From Bacteroidales bacterium (GTDB lineage Bacteria; Bacteroidota; Bacteroidia; Bacteroidales; BM520), in NCBI GenBank assembly GCA_050953245.1, contig JBMNMG010000002.1:650903-714902 (forward strand): a stretch of DNA of 64,000 nt, given 5' to 3'. Every line of letters starts with the position of its first letter. The stretch's first letter is position 1. Below, piece by piece: positions 22,286-31,562 of this stretch. The position numbers were made by a program, and so were the translations under genes. The notes below the pieces were generated by a model. It had not been told where the DNA came from and ran no database searches. It saw nothing but the letters and a program-made list of their open reading frames with translations.

Positions 22286-22293
22286 CAAAAATA
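22286..22293 (-). promoter_or_regulatory. -7 promoter box TATTTTTG for the tRNA(Thr-Tyr-Gly-Thr)-tuf transcription unit
   Basis: Consensus TAnnTTTG on the minus strand, about 60 nt upstream of tRNA-Thr(TGT). Confidence 0.5.
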
Positions 22294-22350
22294 CAACCTT
22301 TTTTTTAATTGTGCAAGTTTTTTTGAAAAAAAATGCATAAAAAAATAAAA

Positions 22351-22653
22351 TTATTTTTTATATGTTTTTTCTTTTCTTTTAATTAGCTGTCTTCTAAGGG
22401 TTTCCGCGCATTCGTCAATTGCACCCTCAAAAGTATCACTTTGTTTTTTTACAAAAATGTCTTCTCCCGGAATAATAAATCTAATGTCGGCTACCTTATT
22501 ATTGTTCTTTCCCTTTGCTTCAAGCTTCAAATTCACATCAATTGCTTCGATTTTTTCATGTAAAGGAGTTAGTTTCTCTAATTTTTTAATAATAAACTCA
22601 TCTAATTTCGAATCTGTTTTAAATCCTACAGGATTAATGTTAATTTTTGCCAT
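22351..22653 (-). CDS. hpf: ribosome hibernation promoting factor / RaiA family (short form)
   Basis: 100 aa with FEGAIDECAETLRRQLIKRKEK at the C-terminus. The xerC-hpf-tRNA-tuf context is conserved. Confidence 0.85.
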   Translation of the reverse strand: MAKININPVGFKTDSKLDEFIIKKLEKLTPLHEKIEAIDVNLKLEAKGKNNNKVADIRFIIPGEDIFVKKQSDTFEGAIDECAETLRRQLIKRKEKTYKK

Positions 22654-22680
22654 AGTATTAAGTATTAATTTGACATTTAT

Positions 22681-23580
22681 TTAAGAACGCGGATGCGTTT
22701 TATTATATATAATTTTTAATTGTTCAATAGTATTATGAGTATAAATTTGTGTAGCAGCTAACGACTGATGGCCTAAAATTTCTTTTACACTATTTATACT
22801 GGCACCATTTTTTAATAATAACGTAGCAAAGGTGTGTCTTAGTGTGTGTGGACTTTTTTTTGTGTTACTAGTAATTAAATTTAATTCACTATTAACTATT
22901 CTATATATAAGTCTAGGATAAGACTTTTTACCTTTATTAGTTAATATTAACCAATTATTTTCAGGATAATATTGTTTTTTTATTTTGATATAATAATTTA
23001 TTGAATTAATGACATTGTTTAAAATAGGGACAATTCGTTCTTTATTCCCTTTACCATAAAATAATATAGTATTATTATTAAAGTTAATGTCATTGTCTTG
23101 TAAATTTACCAATTCAGAACATCTGCAGCCTGTTGTAGATAAAATCAACAAAACGATGTAATCTCTTAACGATTTAAAATCATTTGTAATTTTTCTATTT
23201 AAGATTAAATTATATAATTCATCTTCATTAAGATAGTTAGGTAATTTTTTATCTTTCTTTAGAAGAGTGATGTTTTCAGTTGGATTGATTTTTAGAAAAT
23301 TATTTTTTACTGAGAACTTGTAAAATGATCTTAAACAAGATATTTTCCTATTTATTGAGTTTTTATTGTATCCATTATCGATCATACTTACTATCCACGA
23401 TCTAATAATGTCAACATATACATCTTCAAAAAAAAGATTTGGATAATAATCATCAAGATATTTTGAAAACTCAAGTATATCAGATCTATAAGATTTTATA
23501 GTATTATAAGAAAATCTTTTTTCGAACTGTAAATAATCTATAAATTTATCTAATATATTGTTAAATAAGTTTTTGTTCAT
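22681..23580 (-). CDS. xerC: tyrosine recombinase XerC/XerD family (ATG at 23580; ORF-track start 23586 is TTG)
   Basis: HTLRHTFATLLLKNGASINSVKEILGHQSLAATQIYTH catalytic box, and an N-terminal SAM-like core-binding domain. Confidence 0.85.
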   Translation of the reverse strand: MNKNLFNNILDKFIDYLQFEKRFSYNTIKSYRSDILEFSKYLDDYYPNLFFEDVYVDIIRSWIVSMIDNGYNKNSINRKISCLRSFYKFSVKNNFLKINPTENITLLKKDKKLPNYLNEDELYNLILNRKITNDFKSLRDYIVLLILSTTGCRCSELVNLQDNDINFNNNTILFYGKGNKERIVPILNNVINSINYYIKIKKQYYPENNWLILTNKGKKSYPRLIYRIVNSELNLITSNTKKSPHTLRHTFATLLLKNGASINSVKEILGHQSLAATQIYTHNTIEQLKIIYNKTHPRS

Positions 23581-23589
23581 TATCAATCT

Positions 23590-23636
23590 AAAAAAAATCC
23601 GGTAAATTTTTTATAAAGATAATAAAATTTACCGGA
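23590..23636 (-). terminator. rho-independent terminator of rpsU
   Basis: Perfect 13-bp stem tccggtaaatttt/aaaatttaccgga followed by T8 on the minus strand. Confidence 0.8.
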
Positions 23637-23687
23637 AATTAAGATTTTGTTACAAAATTTTAAAAAAATAATTAATTTTTTTAAAAT

Positions 23688-23885
23688 TTAAGCGTTTTCC
23701 TGCATGGTTTTCAAACTTTGAATATATTTTGCTTTAATTTTTTGTTCACGTTTGATTACCGATGGCTTTGTAAATTGTTGACGTGCTCTATATTCCTTAA
23801 CAACGCCAGTTTTTTCAAATTTTCTTTTCAGTTTTTTCAAAGCTCTATCGATGCTTTCACCTTCTTTTACAGGAACTACGATCAT
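23688..23885 (-). CDS. rpsU: 30S ribosomal protein S21
   Basis: 65 aa: ESIDRALKKLKRKFEKTGVVKEYRARQQFTKPS. Confidence 0.95.
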   Translation of the reverse strand: MIVVPVKEGESIDRALKKLKRKFEKTGVVKEYRARQQFTKPSVIKREQKIKAKYIQSLKTMQENA

Positions 23886-23892
23886 AAAAAAT

Positions 23893-23902
23893 ACCTCTTT
23901 CT
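23893..23902 (-). promoter_or_regulatory. Shine-Dalgarno-like element AGAAAGAGGU, 7 nt upstream of the rpsU AUG
   Basis: The mRNA reads ...uuuuAGAAAGAGGUauuuuuuAUG. It is purine-rich and complementary to the canonical anti-SD core. Confidence 0.6.
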
Positions 23903-23937
23903 AAAAATTGTTAATAAAAATTGTTTTTTTGAAGTTG

Positions 23938-23945
23938 CAAATATA
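23938..23945 (-). promoter_or_regulatory. -7 promoter box TATATTTG for rpsU
   Basis: Consensus match on the minus strand about 50 nt upstream of the ATG. Confidence 0.5.
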
Positions 23946-23955
23946 ATGCTTTTTT

Positions 23956-26157
23956 TTAATTAAATAGATTTTCTTTTAAAAAGTTTGTGACTTTTAAATA
24001 TAAATGATAAGAAGTGTTACCTCCATAAATCCCGTGATTTCTATTATTATACAGCATAAAATCAAATTGTTTATTGGCCTGAACTAATTTTTCTGCAAAT
24101 TCAATAGAGTTTTGAGGATGCACATTATCATCTGCTAGTCCGTGTATTAAAAGCAATTTCCCTTGTAGATCTTCGGCATGAGTAATTGGTGAGTTGTCAT
24201 CATACCCATTAGGATTTTCCTGGGGAGTTCTCATAAATCTTTCAGTATAGATATTATCATAATACCTCCAATTTGTAACAGGAGCAATTGCAACTCCGGA
24301 ATTAAAAATTCCATTTCCTTTCTCTAAACATAGTGATACCATGAAACCGCCATAACTCCATCCCCATATAGCAATGTTATTTTCATCTACATATGGTAAT
24401 TTAGCTAAATAGTTAGCTGCTTCTATTTGATCGTCAGATTCATATTTTCCTAATTGTAAGTAAGTACATTTTTTAAAATCTTCACCTCTTCCACCTGTTC
24501 CTCTGGGATCTACACAAGCTACTAAAAAGCCTTCACTACTTAAATATGTGTACCAATCAAAAGACCATCTATTTACTACTTGTTGCGAACCGGGTCCACT
24601 ATATTGTGTCATTAATACAGGATATTTTTTGTTACTATCAAAATTTATTGGTTTTATTATATATCCGTTTAATGTATCGTTATTAGATGTTACAAAAGTA
24701 AAAAACTCTTTGTTATTGTAATTATATTTGTTTATTTGATCTAAATATTCCTTATTATCTTCTAAGACTCTAATTAATTTACCATTAGATTCATGTAATG
24801 TTACATAATTTGGTGTTGTCACATTAGAAAAATAATTAATAAAATATTTAAAACCTTTTGAAAAAACTGAGTGATTACTTCCGTCTCCTTTAGTTAATCT
24901 TTCTTTTTTATTCTTATTAATATTAATAGAATATAAATTGTTTATTAAAGGTGAGCCTTCATTAGACATGTAATATACTTTATTATTATCTGCATCATAT
25001 CCTAAGAATTCTGTAACTTCCCAGTTCCCATTAGTTATTTGTTTTATTTCAGATTTTTCTGTATTAAACAGATATAAATGCATATTGCCATCGCGTTCAC
25101 TAGTAGTAATAAAATTGTTTTTATCTAAAAAAGTAATATTGTCATAAATAGACTCATCTATATAATATTTATTTTCTTCTGTGAATACAACCTTAGAATT
25201 ACCTGTATTAGCATCTGCAAATAATAGTTCAAATTTATTTTGAAGTCTGTTAACCCTAAATACACTTAAAGTATTATTATCTTTTGTCCATCTAATTCTT
25301 GGTATATATTGATCTTTTTCAGGGCCAATATCCACATTAATAGTATTTTGAGTTTCTATATCATAAATATGCACAGTTACGATAGAATTATCCTCTCCTG
25401 CTTTAGGATATTTGTAAGTTCTATATTCAGGATATAAAGCATTTTCTTCAAAAGTAGGGTAGGTGCCCTTATACATTAATAACCCATATAATTTTACATT
25501 GCTTTCATCAAATTTCATATAGGCTATTTTTTTGCCATCGGGAGACCAGGAAAAAGCTTTACTAAACATAAATTCTTCTTCGTATACCCAATCCGGTGCT
25601 CCATTTATTATATTATTATATTCTCCATCATTAGTAATTTGTGTTTCTAAACCGGTTGCAAAATCTTTCACAAATAAATTGTTTTCTCTTACAAAAGCAA
25701 CTTTATTTTCGGTAGGAGAAAAGGTAGCTAATTGTTGATTTTCTCCATCTGACAATTTAACTATACTATTTACTTTAGTATCATATATAAAATATTCTGC
25801 TGTGTAAGAGCGACGATATATAGGGTTGATGTTTGTGGTTAATAATATTTTGGTTTCGTCATCATTAAACGAATAATTTTGAAAATATCTTATATTATTT
25901 TCTATGCTATCAAGATTTAATATTGTTTCTATTTCTTCACCGGTTTTAAAAGAATGTTTTACAATTTTTCTACCTCCTTCTGACGTCGTATAATGAATTC
26001 CATCATTCATTGATCTTAAGCCATAAACAGATTTTTGTTGAAATGTGTAATTTTTAAAAAAATCGTCAAAAGTTAATTTTTGTTTTTCTTGACCATTTAG
26101 GTGTAAACTGCATAATATTGTTGTACAAGCAATAATTATAGTTAGAATTTTTTTCAT
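23956..26157 (-). CDS. S9 family peptidase, dipeptidyl-peptidase IV-like (beta-propeller plus alpha/beta hydrolase)
   Basis: Signal peptide, 733 aa, nucleophile elbow WGWSYGGFM, C-terminal GLADDNVH and NRNHGI. Confidence 0.85.
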   Translation of the reverse strand: MKKILTIIIACTTILCSLHLNGQEKQKLTFDDFFKNYTFQQKSVYGLRSMNDGIHYTTSEGGRKIVKHSFKTGEEIETILNLDSIENNIRYFQNYSFNDDETKILLTTNINPIYRRSYTAEYFIYDTKVNSIVKLSDGENQQLATFSPTENKVAFVRENNLFVKDFATGLETQITNDGEYNNIINGAPDWVYEEEFMFSKAFSWSPDGKKIAYMKFDESNVKLYGLLMYKGTYPTFEENALYPEYRTYKYPKAGEDNSIVTVHIYDIETQNTINVDIGPEKDQYIPRIRWTKDNNTLSVFRVNRLQNKFELLFADANTGNSKVVFTEENKYYIDESIYDNITFLDKNNFITTSERDGNMHLYLFNTEKSEIKQITNGNWEVTEFLGYDADNNKVYYMSNEGSPLINNLYSININKNKKERLTKGDGSNHSVFSKGFKYFINYFSNVTTPNYVTLHESNGKLIRVLEDNKEYLDQINKYNYNNKEFFTFVTSNNDTLNGYIIKPINFDSNKKYPVLMTQYSGPGSQQVVNRWSFDWYTYLSSEGFLVACVDPRGTGGRGEDFKKCTYLQLGKYESDDQIEAANYLAKLPYVDENNIAIWGWSYGGFMVSLCLEKGNGIFNSGVAIAPVTNWRYYDNIYTERFMRTPQENPNGYDDNSPITHAEDLQGKLLLIHGLADDNVHPQNSIEFAEKLVQANKQFDFMLYNNRNHGIYGGNTSYHLYLKVTNFLKENLFN

Positions 26158-26221
26158 AATTTTTTATATAAAATTTTTATTTACAAATATACTATATAAT
26201 AAGGTATTTTACTTTAATTTT

Positions 26222-26253
26222 AAACAAAAAAAAGCCGCAAATGCTTGCGGCTT
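26222..26253 (-). terminator. rho-independent (bidirectional-looking) terminator after the OmpA-like gene
   Basis: Stem aagccgcaa/ttgcggctt flanked by an A-run and a T-run. Confidence 0.75.
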
Positions 26254-26273
26254 TTTTGTTATATTTATTAAAA

Positions 26274-28688
26274 TTATTTCTTGATAAATGATACTTCTAA
26301 ATCAACTCTACGGTTTTTAGCTCTACCTTCTCTTGTTGAGTTAGTAGCAACTGGATCGTGAGATCCTCTACCTTCTGTTTCGATGATGCTTCCATCAACA
26401 CCTCTCTTAACTAGGTAGCTCTTAACTGATTCAGCTCTATTTACAGATAATGGATCGTTAATAGCATCGTTACCTGTGATATCAGCGTGACCAACAACTT
26501 TAATAGAAACTGCTTTATTGTTTTGAGTTAATTCTACTACTTTATCTAATATTTCGTCAGCAGGTGACTTAATATTGTATTTGTTGATATCGAAGTTAAC
26601 AGTTGCATAATCGAATGAGTAAGTTACTGTTTCTTCTGGGCAACCGTTATTTTCTATAGTTCCTGGAATTAATGGGCAGTCATCTAAGTTATCTGGAATA
26701 CCATCACCATCTGTATCTTGGATGAACATGCTTTCAGGACAACCTTTATATTCAGGAACACCTGGTTCTTCTGGACATAAGTCTAAATGATCTGGAATAC
26801 CATCACCATCTGTATCAGGACAACCGTTGAATTCTGGTAAACCTGGAACATCAGGACAATCATCTAAGTGATCTGGAATACCGTCACCGTCTGTATCAGG
26901 ACAACCGTTGAATTCTGGAATACCAGGATCGCATGGACATTCGTCTAAATCATCAACTATACCATCACCGTCAAAGTCTGGACAACCTCTTGTTTCCCAT
27001 GTACCTTTTTCGAATTGACATTCGTCATATTTATCGGATACACCATCTTGGTCAGCATCTTTAGGAGCACCATAGAAAATAGGTATCTTAATTGCTGCAC
27101 ATAAATCAAATCCTCTTGAGTATTCTTTAATTAAACCTGTAAATAAGTTGGTTGAACCAACCCAAACAGGACCTAAACGTAAACCAAGACCTACATTAAC
27201 TTGATCTGAATTTAATAATGTGTATGTTACTGGGATAGCAGCACCAAACCATTTTCTTTCGTATCTCGGAGTTAAATTGAATCTTGCATCAGAGTGAATT
27301 TTAACAGTGTTAAAATTACTATCATCAAATTCAGTAACTGCATAATCATTAAATACTGTAAAAGGTAATGAAGTTCCTAAATTAACATAGAAGTTTTTAG
27401 CAAATCTAAAATCAACTGAGAATGTTAATCTTGTAGGAATTAATACTTGATATTGAGCACTATCGCTTGTACCTGTTACTGTTGTGTTAGGATTAGCTGC
27501 AAGAACATCATCTGTAACAATAATACCATTTTCTTCAAGAGTACCTAAAGTATTTAAATCATAAATTGAGTTGTTAAATACAGCGTGTTTGTTAGATAAG
27601 GTAGCATCACGATTATATTTTAGTCCACCATTTAAAGGAATATCTAAAACAGCAGCACTAACTTTAATTCTGTATTTGTTTAAATCTTTTCTTACTAAGC
27701 CTGTTTTACCGTCTAAATCATATAGGTAATCTTCGTAATCAGGTCTCCATTCGTATACTAAACCAACATCTAAACCAAATGTTAAGTCTTCCCAATTTTG
27801 TTTTGCAAATGGATCAGAGAAGAAATCGTTAGTTAAAGCGTGAACACCATCTATAAGATCTGCTTCTTTGTCATCATTTCTTAATTCGTTTATTTTGTCA
27901 AATAAACCTTCAGATGATCCGTAAATAGCTTCACCACTGGCTTGTACTGTTTCTTGATCTAAATATTCATAAGATAGGTTATTAGTAATTGCATAAACAG
28001 ATGATAAACCTTTCATAACATTAAAAGAAACACCTGCTTTAATGTAATGTTTACCACCATCCCAAATTTGACTGGCTAAAGTTAAACCAACTTGATTCCA
28101 AATAGCACCGGAAGCTCTTGTATTAACATTTTTAGTTAATCCATAGCTTGGAAGTGGTGTGTCATTGAACATTGGATCTAACATAGACCATGGTGCATTG
28201 TCAACGTTAGCAATCATTCTAACTCTTTCAGAAACACCAAGTGAAAATTTAGGACCAAAAGCTACCATAAAATTAAAAAGTTGAATTTCATTTTCAGCTA
28301 TTCCATCGTATAAACGATCACTTTGACCAGAAAGTTTTATATACTTATTAGCTGCATCAGCATTTTCTGGTAAAGTCCATGGTTGCTTGCTCCATAAATC
28401 TCTGTATTCTCTTCTAGTATCTCTGTTAGGATGAATTTGATTGAAAACAAACTTTCTTTGAATGCTACCAAAATTTTGATATTCAAAAGTAGAAAATCCA
28501 AAAATTGTTGCATCAAAGATATAGCGAGAGTTTGCAATTGAAGCAGGATTATTGGTAATACCAGTAATACCAGCGTAATTGTCGCCAAAAAATGGTGAGA
28601 AATCTTGAGCTTTCACCTCAGTCGAAAATACCAGTGTTAGTAAACTGATAAAAATCGACATTTTCATAAATTGTACAATTTTTTTCAT
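26274..28688 (-). CDS. large outer-membrane protein: N-terminal beta-rich domain, four thrombospondin type-3 (TSP3) calcium-binding repeats, C-terminal OmpA domain
   Basis: Signal peptide ...VFSTEVKAQ. Repeats DTDGDGIPDHLDDCP occur 4 times. The C-terminus has VGHADITGNDAINDPLSVNRAESVKSYL and NRRVDLEV (OmpA_C). Confidence 0.9.
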   Translation of the reverse strand: MKKIVQFMKMSIFISLLTLVFSTEVKAQDFSPFFGDNYAGITGITNNPASIANSRYIFDATIFGFSTFEYQNFGSIQRKFVFNQIHPNRDTRREYRDLWSKQPWTLPENADAANKYIKLSGQSDRLYDGIAENEIQLFNFMVAFGPKFSLGVSERVRMIANVDNAPWSMLDPMFNDTPLPSYGLTKNVNTRASGAIWNQVGLTLASQIWDGGKHYIKAGVSFNVMKGLSSVYAITNNLSYEYLDQETVQASGEAIYGSSEGLFDKINELRNDDKEADLIDGVHALTNDFFSDPFAKQNWEDLTFGLDVGLVYEWRPDYEDYLYDLDGKTGLVRKDLNKYRIKVSAAVLDIPLNGGLKYNRDATLSNKHAVFNNSIYDLNTLGTLEENGIIVTDDVLAANPNTTVTGTSDSAQYQVLIPTRLTFSVDFRFAKNFYVNLGTSLPFTVFNDYAVTEFDDSNFNTVKIHSDARFNLTPRYERKWFGAAIPVTYTLLNSDQVNVGLGLRLGPVWVGSTNLFTGLIKEYSRGFDLCAAIKIPIFYGAPKDADQDGVSDKYDECQFEKGTWETRGCPDFDGDGIVDDLDECPCDPGIPEFNGCPDTDGDGIPDHLDDCPDVPGLPEFNGCPDTDGDGIPDHLDLCPEEPGVPEYKGCPESMFIQDTDGDGIPDNLDDCPLIPGTIENNGCPEETVTYSFDYATVNFDINKYNIKSPADEILDKVVELTQNNKAVSIKVVGHADITGNDAINDPLSVNRAESVKSYLVKRGVDGSIIETEGRGSHDPVATNSTREGRAKNRRVDLEVSFIKK
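26640..27070. repeat. intragenic tandem repeats encoding TSP3 motifs (81-bp period in the best-conserved pair)
   Basis: tgatctggaataccatcaccatctgtatcaggacaaccgttgaattctgg at 26788 recurs at 26869 with 2 mismatches. A shorter copy is at 26690. Confidence 0.85.
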
Positions 28689-28898
28689 AATTTATATATT
28701 TGTTATACATTAGTCTCAGTCGAAAACATAATTTATGCTTAAGAACGTTAAGACAATTAACTATCTCGTTGCAAATTTAATAAAAAATCTATTTATAACA
28801 TCATTTTTAAAAAAAAAATAAAATATTTGTTAATAACTTTAATATCTCTGTTAAACTGATAATTATAAATTATAAAAAAACAACAAAATAACGTATTG

Positions 28899-29955
28899 TT
28901 ATGATATAAACGTAATGTTAGTGCAAAAATTGTGCAAAGAAGGGTTTGTTTTAAAGAAAACTTTACGAAAATGCTTTTTTAAATTATTTTTATTTTCGCT
29001 TTTATGTCCTATTGCATAATGTTGCTCATTAATGTTAGTTTCTATTATTATACCTTTTATATTAATATTAGTATTATTAGAGTTTGTTTTAGAATTTTTT
29101 AATTTCTTAATTTCTAAATTAATTTTATCTGAAATTATTTCGCCCCATATTTTTGTTAATACTATTTCTTTAAAAGCTACATGAAACGGACCTGCAATTA
29201 AATCTTCATTGTTTTTAAAACCTTCTGTTGGGTGCAACCCAACTCGAAGAATAGTTACATCATTTTCAATAAAAATTTTATAGACTTCCTTTGTCCATAA
29301 AACAGCTTCATTTAAAGTTAGTGGTTTATATAAACCCTTGCGATATAGAGTTTCTAAAGCTGTATTTTTAATAACCAATGTAGGATAAATTCTAGTGTAT
29401 TTAGCTTTTAAATTTACAATTTGTGTTGCAGTTTTTACAGATTTTTCTATTGTGTCTAAAGGTAAACCAATCATCATTTGTAACCCTAAATCGAAGCCGT
29501 AACTATTTATTAAATTAGATGATTCTATTATTTTTTCAGCTGAATGCCCTCTGTTGCATTTTTTGAGAACTTCGTCATCTAAGGATTGGGCTCCCAATTC
29601 TATTATTTTTACATTATGTTTTTTTAAGTTTTCTAAAATTTCTTGATTGATATAGTCTGGACGAGTTGAAAGTTGAATGTTATCTATTAAACCTTTTTTT
29701 ATATATCTATTAGCAAGATTTAAATAAAAGTTTTGTTCTTGTAAACTCATACCAGTAAATGTGCCACCAAAAAATGCAATTCGCTTCTTGGAGTTTTGAG
29801 GTATTGTACTTAAATGTTGCTCGATAATGTTAATAATATCATTTTCAGTTAATATATTATGATTTTGTGTGATATTGTATTGATTACAATAGATACACCT
29901 TTGAGGACAAGCTTTTTCCGGGATGAAAATAGGAATTATATAATAACTTTTCAAT
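28899..29955 (-). CDS. radical SAM protein (ELP3-like/COG1243-type core), start reassigned to TTG at 29955
   Basis: IPIFIPEKACPQRCIYCNQ (CX3CX2C). A minus-strand TATATTTG box at 29973-29980 lies inside the ORF-track N-terminus (starts 30032/30002). The next usable start is TTG 29955 (MKSYYIIPIF...). Confidence 0.7.
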
Positions 29956-29972
29956 TTTATTAAATTTTTCGC

Positions 29973-29980
29973 AAATATAA
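29973..29980 (-). promoter_or_regulatory. -7 promoter box TATATTTG for the radical SAM gene
   Basis: Consensus on the minus strand, 18 nt upstream of the TTG at 29955. Confidence 0.45.
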
Positions 29981-29992
29981 AAAAAGTTTTAT

Positions 29993-30000
29993 ATATTTGC
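29993..30000 (+). promoter_or_regulatory. -7 promoter box TATATTTG for the DUF4837-like gene
   Basis: Consensus on the plus strand, 33 nt upstream of the ATG at 30033. It sits back-to-back with the minus-strand box. Confidence 0.5.
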
Positions 30001-30032
30001 ATATGATTCTTTACATTTAAAATATATTTCAA

Positions 30033-31043
30033 ATGAAAATAAGTAAAATTTTTCTTCCTATATTATTAATAGTTTTCTTTACTTCTTGTGATTCAAATAA
30101 GTTAACTCAACTTCCCGGATCAACGGGTGCTACTTACGAAATCTTAGTAGTTTCGGATATAGACTATTGGGATGGTTCAGTTGGAAGTACCGTAAAAGAT
30201 TTTTTTTACCAGCCGGATACAACTTTATTTATGACGGAACCATTGTATAAATTGACATCTATTAATAAAAAACAATTTGATGAAAATAAATTATACAAAT
30301 TTTATAAAAATATTCTTATTTTAGAAATTGATAATAGTTTACCGACAAAAGTAGAAACTATAGATACTGTATGGGCAAAACCGCAAAGAGTTTTTAAAAT
30401 TCAAGCATCGGATGCAAACGCATTTGATTCAATATTTAACAAATATAGTGATTATATCCTTCAAAAATATATTGAATTAGAAAGAGAAAAGTTTCAAGTT
30501 TATTATTCTACTGCAAAAAATAAATCCGTAATGAGGAAGATTGGTGAAAAATTTGGATATACTATGATTGTTCCAAATGCTTTTTATATTGCCAAAAACT
30601 TAGATGGATTTATGTGGTTAAGAAGTGAAACTACAGAATCAAGTATTAATTTATTAATTTATACAGAAGATTATACATCTGAAAATCAATTAAATCCTGC
30701 ATATATAAAATTAAAAAGGAATTTAATTACGGAAGATAATATTCCATGTAGTTTAGATGGTTCTTATGCTATGATTGTAGATGATTTTCCAATTTCTACT
30801 AAAACAGTTGATTTTAATGGTATGTATGCTATTGAATCTAGGGGCGCATGGGAATGTGAAAATGATTTTATGGGCGGGACATTTTTAAATTACACAATAG
30901 TTGATGAAAAAAATGGTAGAATCTTGACTTTAGATGGGTTTGTTTACTTCCCTAATAAAGAAAAAAGAGCATTAATGCTTCAATTAGAGTCTATTATGTG
31001 GTCATTAACTATGTGGGACGATGATTTAAATAAAAAATTATAG
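30033..31043 (+). CDS. lipoprotein, DUF4837-like
   Basis: Lipobox VFFTSCDS. The family assignment is from memory of the N-terminal pattern (LPGSTGATYEILVV) and is unverified. Confidence 0.45.
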   Translation: MKISKIFLPILLIVFFTSCDSNKLTQLPGSTGATYEILVVSDIDYWDGSVGSTVKDFFYQPDTTLFMTEPLYKLTSINKKQFDENKLYKFYKNILILEIDNSLPTKVETIDTVWAKPQRVFKIQASDANAFDSIFNKYSDYILQKYIELEREKFQVYYSTAKNKSVMRKIGEKFGYTMIVPNAFYIAKNLDGFMWLRSETTESSINLLIYTEDYTSENQLNPAYIKLKRNLITEDNIPCSLDGSYAMIVDDFPISTKTVDFNGMYAIESRGAWECENDFMGGTFLNYTIVDEKNGRILTLDGFVYFPNKEKRALMLQLESIMWSLTMWDDDLNKKL

Positions 31044-31099
31044 ATTAAATAATTATGATTTTCTAAGACAAAAGAATTAGAGAATTCTAAGTTGAGATA

Positions 31100-31126
31100 A
31101 AAAAAATAGGCATCTAAATAGATGCC
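31100..31126 (-). terminator. hairpin plus T-run downstream of rpmB
   Basis: Stem ggcat/atgcc (extendable) followed on the minus strand by tattttttttatc. Confidence 0.45.
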
Positions 31127-31201
31127 CAAAATTTATTCCTACAACACAACATTAAAATTAATTTTATTAATCTTAATTACAAATTAATTTATTCTTTTGA
31201 A

Positions 31202-31447
31202 TTAATCTTCAAAGCAAATTAACCCTTTTTTTTCAGCATCTTTTAAAACTGCACTAATACCTTTTTTGTTTATAGTTTTAATTGTTGAAGTTGCAACTTT
31301 AACCCTTACCCATTTATCTTCTTCCGGAATATAAAATTTTTTCATTTGAAGGTTAGGGTTAAATCTTCTTTTTGTTTTGATATTAGAGTGGGAAACTTTA
31401 TTCCCTACCATCATTCTTTTTCCGCTTAAATCACAAACTCTTGACAT
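31202..31447 (-). CDS. rpmB: 50S ribosomal protein L28
   Basis: MSRVCDLSGKRMMVGNKVSHSNIKTKRRFNPNLQ. Confidence 0.95.
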   Translation of the reverse strand: MSRVCDLSGKRMMVGNKVSHSNIKTKRRFNPNLQMKKFYIPEEDKWVRVKVATSTIKTINKKGISAVLKDAEKKGLICFED

Positions 31448-31562
31448 TTTAATATCCTTTTATTTATAATACAATTATTTTAATATAAAATTACAAACTG
31501 CAAATATCGTATTTTTTTTAGAATAAATACAAGTTTTTTTAATTTATTTTAGAAGTATTTTG

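Noticed and set aside
22681-23580. Tyrosine recombinase as a marker of an integrated mobile element
   Set aside because: It sits in the conserved rpsU / xerC / hpf / tRNA / tuf housekeeping arrangement. No flanking direct or inverted repeats, cargo genes or composition change are visible, and the adjacent tRNAs are intact. I interpret it as a chromosomal Xer-type recombinase.
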